Sequence record: AJ697969.1
Length of the DNA stretch: 64,000 nt
Origin: Pseudomonas phage EL
Reading direction: 5' to 3' (one strand)
Shown here: piece by piece, positions 52,668 to 62,019 of the stretch
Layout of the letters: each line of letters opens with the position of its first letter
Numbering within the stretch: the stretch's first letter is position 1
Program-made: the position numbers and the translations under genes
Notes under the pieces: model-generated
What the model saw: only the letters and a program-made list of their open reading frames with translations
Databases searched by the model: none
What the model was told of the DNA's origin: nothing

Positions 52668-53909
52668 TCAATCCTCTTGAATAACACTTCGAATGTAAAG
52701 GTGGTAACCGTTGTACAACGAACTGGGTTCGAAGCGATTGGTATACCCGTGATAAAGGTTTCCACCGTTGGTAATACCGGTGGTCTTGTTGAGGAATTTA
52801 CGTTGAATGCCTAGGTCGATGTCTAAAAGTCTCCTGTTGATGATTTTGCGAGTGAAGTACTTGGGAATAAGGCCATTACTGACCATTAAGGGAATAGAAC
52901 GGGTTTCATGGGTGTGGTAGGTGAAGGGATACTGGTACGTGGTGATGGGCTCCACGGACACATACAGGTTGGGATTATCCAGTACGATGAGGAAGGTACT
53001 GGGATCGGTTAACAGAGTCTTCCAGAAGCTCTCTGTACTGAAGAACCGTTTATCCACGACTTCACGTTCTGGATCAATGATCCGACTGAGGTCGATCATC
53101 GATTTCGAAATAAAGAGGGCGGAAAACCAATCCACCTTCTCCGTACGCAGCGTTAAGGTACGGTCACTCATTACCTGTACCACGTCATTCAGGTACAACC
53201 GACCTCCAATACTCATCCAGACTGTCTTATTCCTTAGACTGACCGGAGACCGTACGTGCAGGAAGTTGTAACTGTCGTGATCCTCAAAGTCGATATCCGT
53301 CTCTTGGAAGGTGTAGGTCTTGAGTTTAGAGAGGGTATTGAAGTTAAGGTAGTTCACATGAATGTTGTCATTCACATTGAAGTGCTTCCCACCGTTCAAC
53401 AGGTACACCGCCTGGTCATCCGCCACTGCTCGTACCAAATGCCCTCCATTGATCGTCCACAACCCCCGTTCAACCAAGGCGTTATAATCCACCGCCGTTC
53501 GATCGGTCTTGATGACCCGAATATCCGGCGCGCTTGCGACGTCCAGGTGCTCCTGGCGATCATTGGCGATCTTAGCGTCACCAGGATACAGGGTAAACCA
53601 TTTGTATTGGATGTCTTGAGCCGTTACGTACCGGTACTCATTGCCGGGGAGGGTATTACTGGTCTTAAGGGGGACATTGATCTGGGTGTCTAACCACTGT
53701 TGGATCACCCCATCGAACAACAGGAACTGGTTATGATAGTCCGCCAGGTCAATGACCACATCCCGGCCGTACAACCCATCTTTCACCACAATCTTTAATT
53801 CACAAAACGTAGCCACCAGTTCTTTGGTGGTCATCTCACTGATATCCACCAATTCCTCTCCTCGGGGGAAGATTTGGTTGATCCCAACCGCCCTTTTATA
53901 GATGTACAT
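52668..53909 (-). CDS. hypothetical protein, 413 aa
   Basis: First gene of the minus-strand unit, divergent from the fiber cassette. No lysozyme or amidase motif recognised. Confidence 0.6.
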   Translation of the reverse strand: MYIYKRAVGINQIFPRGEELVDISEMTTKELVATFCELKIVVKDGLYGRDVVIDLADYHNQFLLFDGVIQQWLDTQINVPLKTSNTLPGNEYRYVTAQDIQYKWFTLYPGDAKIANDRQEHLDVASAPDIRVIKTDRTAVDYNALVERGLWTINGGHLVRAVADDQAVYLLNGGKHFNVNDNIHVNYLNFNTLSKLKTYTFQETDIDFEDHDSYNFLHVRSPVSLRNKTVWMSIGGRLYLNDVVQVMSDRTLTLRTEKVDWFSALFISKSMIDLSRIIDPEREVVDKRFFSTESFWKTLLTDPSTFLIVLDNPNLYVSVEPITTYQYPFTYHTHETRSIPLMVSNGLIPKYFTRKIINRRLLDIDLGIQRKFLNKTTGITNGGNLYHGYTNRFEPSSLYNGYHLYIRSVIQED

Positions 53910-54024
53910 AGGGGTTCAACTCCTTAACGATTCTATGAAATCTACCCTACAGGCCCTATGGGTACTATACTCTCTAGGGGATTAATCATAAAATGCCTTA
54001 TTCATTGACTTTGGAGAAATTCTA

Positions 54025-54768
54025 ATGGCAAACATCGTCTATGGTTGGAACCCCTTCCAGGAACGCGTCGATTGCAGAGTGACGAACGAAATCATTAAAA
54101 CCTCTGGTAATCTCAACCGCGTCGAGTTCGTTCCCCGAGCAGCTCCTTTCTTTGCTCACAACTTCAAACTGTACCGTCAAGGGAGTAACCAACCACTCCT
54201 CCCGGGACAAGACTTCATCTTTGGTCATCCTTTCCAACGGTTTATTAAGACCTATCAGAAGAACGTGTACAGTTCCGTGATTCTGCTGAAACCGGTTGAA
54301 GTGGTCCTGATGGGGGAATATGACACCATTGGCGGACCGTTCGTGTTGGATGATGTGGCGTACGCTACCTTGGTAGCCAACATCATTAACAGCCCCCGGG
54401 AAGCCCTCTGGGAGAACCTGGTCAATGTCCCGACCGAGTTCCCTTCGGATCCTCATGAACATCCGGCTGCCCAGGTCTATGATTTTGCTCAGATGATGGA
54501 TTACCTGCGTGACCTGATCTTGGCGGTTACTCAAACCACCTCCGATTCCCCAACGACCTTGAAGACCCTGTTGGAACAACACCTCGCGGCTGACTTGGCG
54601 CAAGCCCACAGGGCGGATAAGGGAATGCTGGGTCTCGACAATGTAGAGAACTTGGGCAAAGCCACGGTCAATGATATCACGGGCAATTCGGACAACCTCG
54701 TCGTCACTGTAGCCGTTATGAAGGAAGCCCTCCGTCGACTGGCTGCGGGTACGCTGAACCTTAATTAA
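54025..54768 (+). CDS. fiber-module protein carrying only the shared N-terminal domain, 247 aa
   Basis: GGAGAAA RBS. The N-terminal about 60 aa (…VEFVPRAAPFFAHNFKLY…) are related to the N-termini of the next two genes. Confidence 0.6.
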   Translation: MANIVYGWNPFQERVDCRVTNEIIKTSGNLNRVEFVPRAAPFFAHNFKLYRQGSNQPLLPGQDFIFGHPFQRFIKTYQKNVYSSVILLKPVEVVLMGEYDTIGGPFVLDDVAYATLVANIINSPREALWENLVNVPTEFPSDPHEHPAAQVYDFAQMMDYLRDLILAVTQTTSDSPTTLKTLLEQHLAADLAQAHRADKGMLGLDNVENLGKATVNDITGNSDNLVVTVAVMKEALRRLAAGTLNLN

Positions 54769-54778
54769 GGAGCCGGTT

Positions 54779-57700
54779 ATGCATTTTCCAATCGTCCGGG
54801 AATACAAAACCGATATTGTTCACAATAACCTGGAGAACCAAATTCGAGGTGAACCGTTTAAAGTCGATCCAGGAATCTGGTCCCGGATTATTGTGCCTAT
54901 CCACAGTCCGTTCTTTGTCGACAGCCTGAAAGTGACGTTCCCGAACGGTCAACCCATGGACGAGTCCCAGTACCGTATTTATCGCTTGATGCCTCGGTTG
55001 ACGGAACTCACCGCTCAGAAAGTTGCGTGTATGATCGAACTGCTGGACCCTACGATTACCGAAGGGAAGTTGGATTACGATGTGGTAGGGGAATTCAGCC
55101 TGTTTGATACCACCCTGCTCCACATGGTGATTGCTGCCTCTGAAGATGACCGTCCGGTCTGGTGGGAGAACATCAAGAACAAACCCGTGGTCTTCCCACC
55201 GGAGTGGCATACTCACAGCCTACTCTACGACATCATGGCCTTTGGTGACTTTGTTGAAGTCTTGGGGATGATCTCTGACGCGGTTGAAACGCATGGGAAA
55301 CCGTACCTTCAGATTAAGATTGACCATGCGTTTGAACTGTTCAATCATTACCTGGGGATTTACAAGAAGTCACTGGCTGATTTCTTGGCTCGTCATAAAG
55401 CGAGTTATAACAGCCACGGACTGACGGCCTTGCAAGTGGGATTGGAGAAAGTAGACAACTTCCCCACCGCTACCGCTTCCGGTGCCTTGGAAGGTAGACG
55501 TGACCGTCACCTCACGGTATCGGGACTTCAAGCCATTATTGACCACTATGGCTTTAATCCCAAGGACTTCATTGAGAACGGTAAACTTCCCATTGCTCAA
55601 TTCGGTAACACGAACTTCATTCCCCCGTCTATTGATGGATCCTTTGAAGGCTTGGGGGGTAAGAGTGAATGTGCAGCCATTACCATGGAAGCGGATGGCA
55701 GCATCGTCTTTCTGGCTAACCGAATGGATGGGCGTGTTGACGGACTGTATTACTCGGTTCTGGAAGATCCCTATACCAACCCCCGGTTAGTCTATACCAG
55801 TTACCGCTATTCCCACCCTCTGCTCTTAGCGGAGAATGCGGAATGTGATCGGATTGTCCAAGGGAGTGGACGTGAAGTCATTATGCTGGGGGATATTCGT
55901 AAGAACTTGTTTTACATTGGATTGACCAATGGTACCCTGGATCCCACTAAACACATTCTCACACCCATTAACCTGGATGCGCTAAAGGCTCCCTGGAATG
56001 GCAATCCGAACTTCTCCTGGAATACTTGGTTCAGAAGTTTGAGCGTGGCGTATCTGGGGAACTGGATCTACATCTTCCACGCCCACAACGTGGAGAATGG
56101 AGAACAAGCTGATGGTGTAACGGATTACCGGTATCGGTACCTGTACCGGGTTAGAACCAGTGATGTCAACGCCCAGATCCCGGTAACCGCTACGTTGGTC
56201 CGCCCCACCTTTAAAGACGGTGACGGTGTTCAATGGAATAACGCACCGTTCTTCCGGTGGTGTACCCCTCAGGGGTATCAGCGGGTGAATAACAATGATA
56301 CCTGGGAACGGTATTACTTTACCTTTAAACAAAGTGATAACCTCGCCTTTACGGGGATTTACCGTTCCCAGCCAACGGTGGTGTGCCCTATTCCGAACAA
56401 GCCGGGTAAATACCTGGTACGCTTTATGGCGGCCTGGTGGGGGCGGTACGTGGTTCCTGGACTAATAGGTACCTGGGACCTCCCGCTAGAGATGGTGTAT
56501 GAGATGGACCCTGAAACCGGTGTGATGACCCTCCTCCATCAAACACCTCGACGGGAAATCGATTTCCTGAACATTCCGTCCTCTGGCGACCCAAAAAACC
56601 GCCGCCTTAACCAATTGGTGTTCAACGATTCGGAACAAGGCATGGAAGTGCTGGATGATGGGACGATTGTGGCGTCCTACGGGGCCTATCAGTCGTTCCC
56701 CCGGTCAGCCTTCTACGTAGTACCCAGGTCGTTCAAGTCCCGGTATGACGTCATGAACCGGACGTGGATGACCGACTTAGGGGATATTGAAAACCAGCAA
56801 CTCATTGCGGAGAAAATTACCAGCCCGATTGCTTCCTCGATCAAACCACGTTCCTTCTTGTTGGGTAATGGCGGGGATGTGTATACCGCGGGGACCAATA
56901 CCCTACCGAGTGTTATCACCAACCAACTGTGGTACCGGCAGTCCCCTGGGAAGTTAGCGGAGCGTCCTGAGGTCTCTAACCTCTTCTTCAACAAGGTTGT
57001 TTCTCGTCCTCTGAGTAACGCGGTCTTCCGGGTGGAAGGTCCTCCTCAGGTGGGTGGAGCCTATGTGACTGTCCCTTCTAACCTGTTGGATCAGTACAAC
57101 ACGGACTTGGGGGAATTCACCTTCTGTATGGGAACGCAGAAAGCGAACCTCGACCTGTCGAAAGCAGAAGGGGAATGGCCCGCTGGTAATCTTCCTCAAG
57201 ACATCAAGGTTATGTCAGGACATACCCAGCAGATCAATCCGGATGGTTCGATGACCATGGTACCTACGGGGACTATTCTCTACCCATCGTCCATTACGGC
57301 TCGGTTTGTAAACCATGTCGCGAATCCGACTGCCTGTAGAAACTCCCCCGCGATGTTTATCGGGCTGTGTGATCCCACTGGTTTCCTGACCGATAAGTTC
57401 GGTTGGTTACCGGTGATAATGATCATCAACTACGGAGAACCTGGCACCACGTCTCGTCACTGGACAATCTTGGTCATCGACCCGGTTTATACCGGACCCG
57501 TCAATGCCCGAGTGGTCAGTGATTATACCGTGCTGGATGTGGTACACAATGTCCATCTACAGGGTGCTACTGGGTTGACACCTGCCAGCTGGGATGCCTT
57601 CCTGGGCGGGGGAGCTAACACATCGGGTGGGGGTGCGATGAGGGTAGGGTATTACCTCAAGAGCGCGACCGAGTTGGAAGGCTTTATTGACAGTGGGGTC

Positions 57701-58333
57701 ATTGCAGCAGGTCCAGGAGACTCACTCACCTCGTTTGGGACATTCCGGTATACGAACCGTAGTACGAAACGGTGGACTGAATGTATACCTAGTATTACCG
57801 GTCAAAGTGGGGGTGCTAACCACAAGACCGTTACACCGGATAACGGGGTAGCTAACCAAATGGCGTACAACGTTTCCACTGGGGGAGCCGCTACGATCTT
57901 TGAAGGGTCGGTGAATAACCCCTTGCTGGGATCGGTTTACCCCGCTACCGGTTGGTACTTGTTCTTCCAATCGGAACTCAGGGTGGTCTTCAACGGACAG
58001 AACTACACGTTGAAGTCCATCTCCGTGGATTTGTCGGCAATAGTCCCTAATCCCGCTAATAAGACGTTCTATTTGTACGCAGTTCTTAAGAACGGGAATG
58101 CGAGCTACGAAGTGACTTTGGAGAAACGAGCTGAGACACCGTTTATTGTGTGGGTCGGACGAGCGGTTACGAATGACCGTCAGATCCTCACCATTGAACG
58201 GTTTAATGTCTTTACGATTAACGGGAACCGGATCTCCGAGACGAAACGGGGGAACTGCATCCCGGCGTCGTCAGGCTTGGTGAATGCCGAAGGTCAACTC
58301 CCGTGGTTACGTTCTTCTGAAATGCTTCCGTAA
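54779..58333 (+). CDS. tail fiber / receptor-binding-like protein, paralog A, 1184 aa
   Basis: Paralogous to 58389-61970. Shared blocks include FIPPSIDGSFEGLGG, DGLYYSV, LTNGTLDP and a C-terminal ...SSGLVNAEGQLPWLRSSEMLP. The central region is Gly/Thr/Asn-rich, as in fibers. Confidence 0.6.
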   Translation: MHFPIVREYKTDIVHNNLENQIRGEPFKVDPGIWSRIIVPIHSPFFVDSLKVTFPNGQPMDESQYRIYRLMPRLTELTAQKVACMIELLDPTITEGKLDYDVVGEFSLFDTTLLHMVIAASEDDRPVWWENIKNKPVVFPPEWHTHSLLYDIMAFGDFVEVLGMISDAVETHGKPYLQIKIDHAFELFNHYLGIYKKSLADFLARHKASYNSHGLTALQVGLEKVDNFPTATASGALEGRRDRHLTVSGLQAIIDHYGFNPKDFIENGKLPIAQFGNTNFIPPSIDGSFEGLGGKSECAAITMEADGSIVFLANRMDGRVDGLYYSVLEDPYTNPRLVYTSYRYSHPLLLAENAECDRIVQGSGREVIMLGDIRKNLFYIGLTNGTLDPTKHILTPINLDALKAPWNGNPNFSWNTWFRSLSVAYLGNWIYIFHAHNVENGEQADGVTDYRYRYLYRVRTSDVNAQIPVTATLVRPTFKDGDGVQWNNAPFFRWCTPQGYQRVNNNDTWERYYFTFKQSDNLAFTGIYRSQPTVVCPIPNKPGKYLVRFMAAWWGRYVVPGLIGTWDLPLEMVYEMDPETGVMTLLHQTPRREIDFLNIPSSGDPKNRRLNQLVFNDSEQGMEVLDDGTIVASYGAYQSFPRSAFYVVPRSFKSRYDVMNRTWMTDLGDIENQQLIAEKITSPIASSIKPRSFLLGNGGDVYTAGTNTLPSVITNQLWYRQSPGKLAERPEVSNLFFNKVVSRPLSNAVFRVEGPPQVGGAYVTVPSNLLDQYNTDLGEFTFCMGTQKANLDLSKAEGEWPAGNLPQDIKVMSGHTQQINPDGSMTMVPTGTILYPSSITARFVNHVANPTACRNSPAMFIGLCDPTGFLTDKFGWLPVIMIINYGEPGTTSRHWTILVIDPVYTGPVNARVVSDYTVLDVVHNVHLQGATGLTPASWDAFLGGGANTSGGGAMRVGYYLKSATELEGFIDSGVIAAGPGDSLTSFGTFRYTNRSTKRWTECIPSITGQSGGANHKTVTPDNGVANQMAYNVSTGGAATIFEGSVNNPLLGSVYPATGWYLFFQSELRVVFNGQNYTLKSISVDLSAIVPNPANKTFYLYAVLKNGNASYEVTLEKRAETPFIVWVGRAVTNDRQILTIERFNVFTINGNRISETKRGNCIPASSGLVNAEGQLPWLRSSEMLP

Positions 58334-58338
58334 ACCCA

Positions 58339-58370
58339 AGGAGGGAGAGGGTTAACCCCCCTCCCTCCTT
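58339..58370 (+). terminator. hairpin, AAGGAGGGAGAGGG-TTAACC-CCCTCCCTCCTT plus CTTTTC
   Basis: GC-rich stem between the paralogous fiber genes. Confidence 0.5.
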
Positions 58371-58388
58371 CTTTTCAAGGTTTAGTCC

Positions 58389-61300
58389 ATGGATCCGTTT
58401 AAAATCGTTCAATTTGATATTCGTGGAACGCGCCCGGAGAATAAGATCACCGGGGAGAAAATGCTGATCAAGGATAAGACCTGTCCTTGGTTGATCCCGA
58501 ATGGGTCCCCGTTCTTTGCTGAACCTGGCCTGTTCACGTTGTATGACGAACGGGGTGCCGAAATGACCCTCAACCGGGATTACTGGTTGGAGGAAGCCTT
58601 TATCCCGTTCTGTGAGATCAGTGGTCGGAATGTTTGTTGTTTCATTCGGTTAAGTGAGAGTATTCGTCAGAACAACGCTTTCGTTACCGGAGACTACCAA
58701 ACCATTGGGGCGTGGTTCGTACCGCGTAATAACCTGGACGAATGGCTGGAAAAAATGCGGGAAGGGAAGATTCCCATTGAGTGGGAGAAGGTCTTCGGTG
58801 TTCCACCCACCCTACCGCCCGAATACCATTTGCATAAAGCTGATACCGAAATTGGTGATTGGTATGAGCTGACGTTCTTCCTGGATACCATGGCGAACAT
58901 TTACCGGAGCCGAGATCCAGAGTTGGAGGATCAATCGGAAGTTGTGATCAATGAGGCGTTTACGAAGCTCAGGAACTTCCGTGACGCCCAGATGCGTCGT
59001 CTTGTCGAACACGACAAGAATTACAACGCCCCTCACCTCCAAACGAAGACCAACCTTAACCTGGGCAATCTGGATAACTTTGCTACAGCTACTCCCGAAC
59101 AGGATAAGGCGGGTACGGCTGATAACCTCTTCAGTACCACGCTGGGTGTTAAGGAACTGGTCAGGGGGTATACGCCGGATACGTCGGCTTCCATGCGTTC
59201 AGGGATTATTGCCATTAGTCGATTTGGAGGAACGGATTATATCCCTCCGGGTATTAGTGGTTCGTTTGAAGGTCTGGGGGGTGTTACCCCGGACTGTGCA
59301 GCGGTATTGGAACTGAATGATAACCTGGTCTTTATTCGGGCTCATTACGACGGACGGACGGAAGGGTTGTATTACACTGTGGTTCGGAATCACTTGAGCC
59401 TGAATCCCGACGTTTCCTTTACCGGGTATAAATACCAGCCCCCGTCGTTAACGGCCATTGGGTTCGTACCCAACCGGGTCTTTACAGGGAGTGGTCGGAC
59501 TATCATCATGGTAACCCGTGATGGGACGAACCAGGTGTACGCTGCGCTGACCAATGGTACATTGGATCCTTCTGCGCATGTGTTTGTCAAATGTAACATT
59601 GATTTGGCTATCCAAGATCTGGGGACGTCAGTTCGTCTAACGGAGTGGAGTCAAATACACACGTTGGGTAATTGGGTCTACTTGTTTGTCACGGCGATGA
59701 CTGAAGGTCAATGGGGTGGTTGGGGGCATAGTCGTACACGGGCCTACAGAGCCCCTCTCAGCGCGATTAAAAATGGGCAGCCTCTTACCTTCAGTCGGGT
59801 TAAAGTCTCACTGACGAACGTCCCAGGGGCCTTACAGAGCAATGTTGACTACATTGAGTTCACCCCTGCTCCTCCAGACGGTGAATTCAGTACTTACGGC
59901 CCCATTACCTTTGCGCCTTATAAGGCCAAGAAAGGGGTTAAGGGATCCCAACGACGTCCCCTGATGTTCTTCTCTGAATCCAGTGACATAGGACCTCAAT
60001 ATTGTTCCATGCATTACTTCGGGATGATGTTCTTTACTGGGAACATCAACGGGGTGGACCGTGTAACCGGGGTGTACATCGATTGCAGTTACGATTTCAA
60101 CCCTGAAACAGCGACCTTCGTAGTGGTTAAACAACCCCCCGTACAGACCGTTGACCTGAGCAAGATCATCAGCAAAAATTCAACGGCCTCTGTGCATTAT
60201 GCAGGTATTAGTGACGTCTTCTTCAACATCTCTGATCACTCCAGTCACCTCCTGTTGGAGAATAAGGTGATTGTTGGGATGTCACGTCTAGGGTTGAGGG
60301 TCTCTTTCCCGGGGTTGTTTAGCCGTTTGCAGTTCAACAAAAACCCGAATGTAACCGCCAGTGGGATGTTGCGGGATTACATGCACGCGGACAATGCGAA
60401 CTTCTCGGGGATGGGGGTGTGGGAAACGCCCAGTTACCCTATTAAGAACGGAGGGCGAATCAGTGCAGTGGGGTATGAACTTGCCGGGGAGTATTTCTGG
60501 GCAGACAGCGCTGTTGATCATAACCGGTCGTTCTTCTACCGGAAGGTCAGCGGTGAATACGCCGTCCGTCCTGGGATTACCAACAGCAACTACCCCACCT
60601 TATTGGCTCGACCGATCAGCGCAGAGGTGTACGAGAACCGGTTAGACCGTAATACTTCCCTGATCAGTGTAACCGGGAGTGCGGCGTTCCTGACCGCTGA
60701 AGGGATTGAAATGGGGAACAGTTGTTTCTCTGTAATGGGAATGAACCATTTCGACGACCTGGCCTCAGGGGTTGAATCCGATACCACATGCCCTCGGGAG
60801 TTTACCTTTAAAGCCCCTAAAGGAAATGGGATCGTGTTATCCTGCCCCAGAACCTTCAGTCGGGTAATGGACACTGGGGATCAAACCTTTACCCTGAAGG
60901 GTGAAAGCCATTGGGGTGTTAAGCGTAACGTCATGGATAAACTGATCCAGTTGATCCCCGCTACCCTCAGGGAGAAATGGGCGGTTGAGTTGATGGTGAT
61001 CAATCCCATCAGTGGTAAAGGGTTCAGTCGGATGAACTACGCGCTGGCGTTGGTTCATACCCGGGACATCGAAGGGGGTCGGTATGTGGTCAAGAGTAAA
61101 CTGTTGGCCTGTGCACCGGTGATTGGTAATCCAGTCTCGGGGGTCTACCCGATTGATGACCTTACGATTCTTGATCAAACCGCATTTATCACCACGGTGA
61201 ACAACAGTGGGGCTGGGGATGAGTGGAGTGACACAGAAGCGGATGTTGTGGCGTGTCCTCAGGTGTCGCTTTATGTGGATGAAGCGACGAATACCCTCTC

Positions 61301-61970
61301 CGGGCGTATTTCGTCGTTGTACAACGTCCGAGGCGAAGCCTTGGGGTTCAACAAAGCAGTCCTGACCTTCAGCCTTAATAAGACCACTCAGAAATTCTCC
61401 AGTGTTACACCCTTTAACAACGGGGAAGGGATGTCCGCGGCGTGGTGTGTGCAGAACCACGCCATTCCTAACGCCGGGTTAATTACCCAACAGCAAGGCT
61501 ACGTCTTTGAGGACACTGGCGGTGCAGGGTATGTAGGGAAGATCGGAACGAACACGTATTTGATTGGTTCCTGTTACCCGGAAGTGGGTTGGACGATTTT
61601 CTTCCAAGAAGAAGTCGAGATGATGATCAACGGTACCGTGTACAAAATGCCCGGTGGGTCTATCGACTTGAGGAATGTGTCCTCGAATCCTCGTAACAAA
61701 ACGTTCTACATCTATGCGACGGTTGAAGAGTCGGAAGGACGGTATATTGTCTCCGATGTTAAACTGCGGCGTTCCAGTGAGTTGCTGCATGTCGCAACCG
61801 CCGTGACGAACACCAACCAGATTGCCAGTATTACCCGGCAGAAAGTCTTTACCATCGGTGAGTTCCTATTAAGTTACACACGGACGGGAGGGATTATTCC
61901 GGTGAGTTCTGGTTTACCGCAGGATGAAGGTACGTTTAGCTTCTTGAAAGCCTCGGAACTTTTACCTTAA
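58389..61970 (+). CDS. tail fiber / receptor-binding-like protein, paralog B, 1193 aa
   Basis: See paralog A. C-terminal ...SSGLPQDEGTFSFLKASELLP. N-terminal module (…LIPNGSPFFAEPGLFTLY…) shared with the two upstream genes. Confidence 0.6.
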   Translation: MDPFKIVQFDIRGTRPENKITGEKMLIKDKTCPWLIPNGSPFFAEPGLFTLYDERGAEMTLNRDYWLEEAFIPFCEISGRNVCCFIRLSESIRQNNAFVTGDYQTIGAWFVPRNNLDEWLEKMREGKIPIEWEKVFGVPPTLPPEYHLHKADTEIGDWYELTFFLDTMANIYRSRDPELEDQSEVVINEAFTKLRNFRDAQMRRLVEHDKNYNAPHLQTKTNLNLGNLDNFATATPEQDKAGTADNLFSTTLGVKELVRGYTPDTSASMRSGIIAISRFGGTDYIPPGISGSFEGLGGVTPDCAAVLELNDNLVFIRAHYDGRTEGLYYTVVRNHLSLNPDVSFTGYKYQPPSLTAIGFVPNRVFTGSGRTIIMVTRDGTNQVYAALTNGTLDPSAHVFVKCNIDLAIQDLGTSVRLTEWSQIHTLGNWVYLFVTAMTEGQWGGWGHSRTRAYRAPLSAIKNGQPLTFSRVKVSLTNVPGALQSNVDYIEFTPAPPDGEFSTYGPITFAPYKAKKGVKGSQRRPLMFFSESSDIGPQYCSMHYFGMMFFTGNINGVDRVTGVYIDCSYDFNPETATFVVVKQPPVQTVDLSKIISKNSTASVHYAGISDVFFNISDHSSHLLLENKVIVGMSRLGLRVSFPGLFSRLQFNKNPNVTASGMLRDYMHADNANFSGMGVWETPSYPIKNGGRISAVGYELAGEYFWADSAVDHNRSFFYRKVSGEYAVRPGITNSNYPTLLARPISAEVYENRLDRNTSLISVTGSAAFLTAEGIEMGNSCFSVMGMNHFDDLASGVESDTTCPREFTFKAPKGNGIVLSCPRTFSRVMDTGDQTFTLKGESHWGVKRNVMDKLIQLIPATLREKWAVELMVINPISGKGFSRMNYALALVHTRDIEGGRYVVKSKLLACAPVIGNPVSGVYPIDDLTILDQTAFITTVNNSGAGDEWSDTEADVVACPQVSLYVDEATNTLSGRISSLYNVRGEALGFNKAVLTFSLNKTTQKFSSVTPFNNGEGMSAAWCVQNHAIPNAGLITQQQGYVFEDTGGAGYVGKIGTNTYLIGSCYPEVGWTIFFQEEVEMMINGTVYKMPGGSIDLRNVSSNPRNKTFYIYATVEESEGRYIVSDVKLRRSSELLHVATAVTNTNQIASITRQKVFTIGEFLLSYTRTGGIIPVSSGLPQDEGTFSFLKASELLP

Positions 61971-61975
61971 GGTAA

Positions 61976-62004
61976 AGGGGGAGTAAACCTCCCCCTGATC
62001 TTTT
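61976..62004 (+). terminator. hairpin, GGGGGAG-TAAAC-CTCCCCC plus TGATCTTTT
   Basis: Preceded by the 16-bp palindrome TTTACCTTAAGGTAAA (61961-61976), which contains the stop codon. Confidence 0.5.
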
Positions 62005-62019
62005 AAATGGAGTAGCTTT

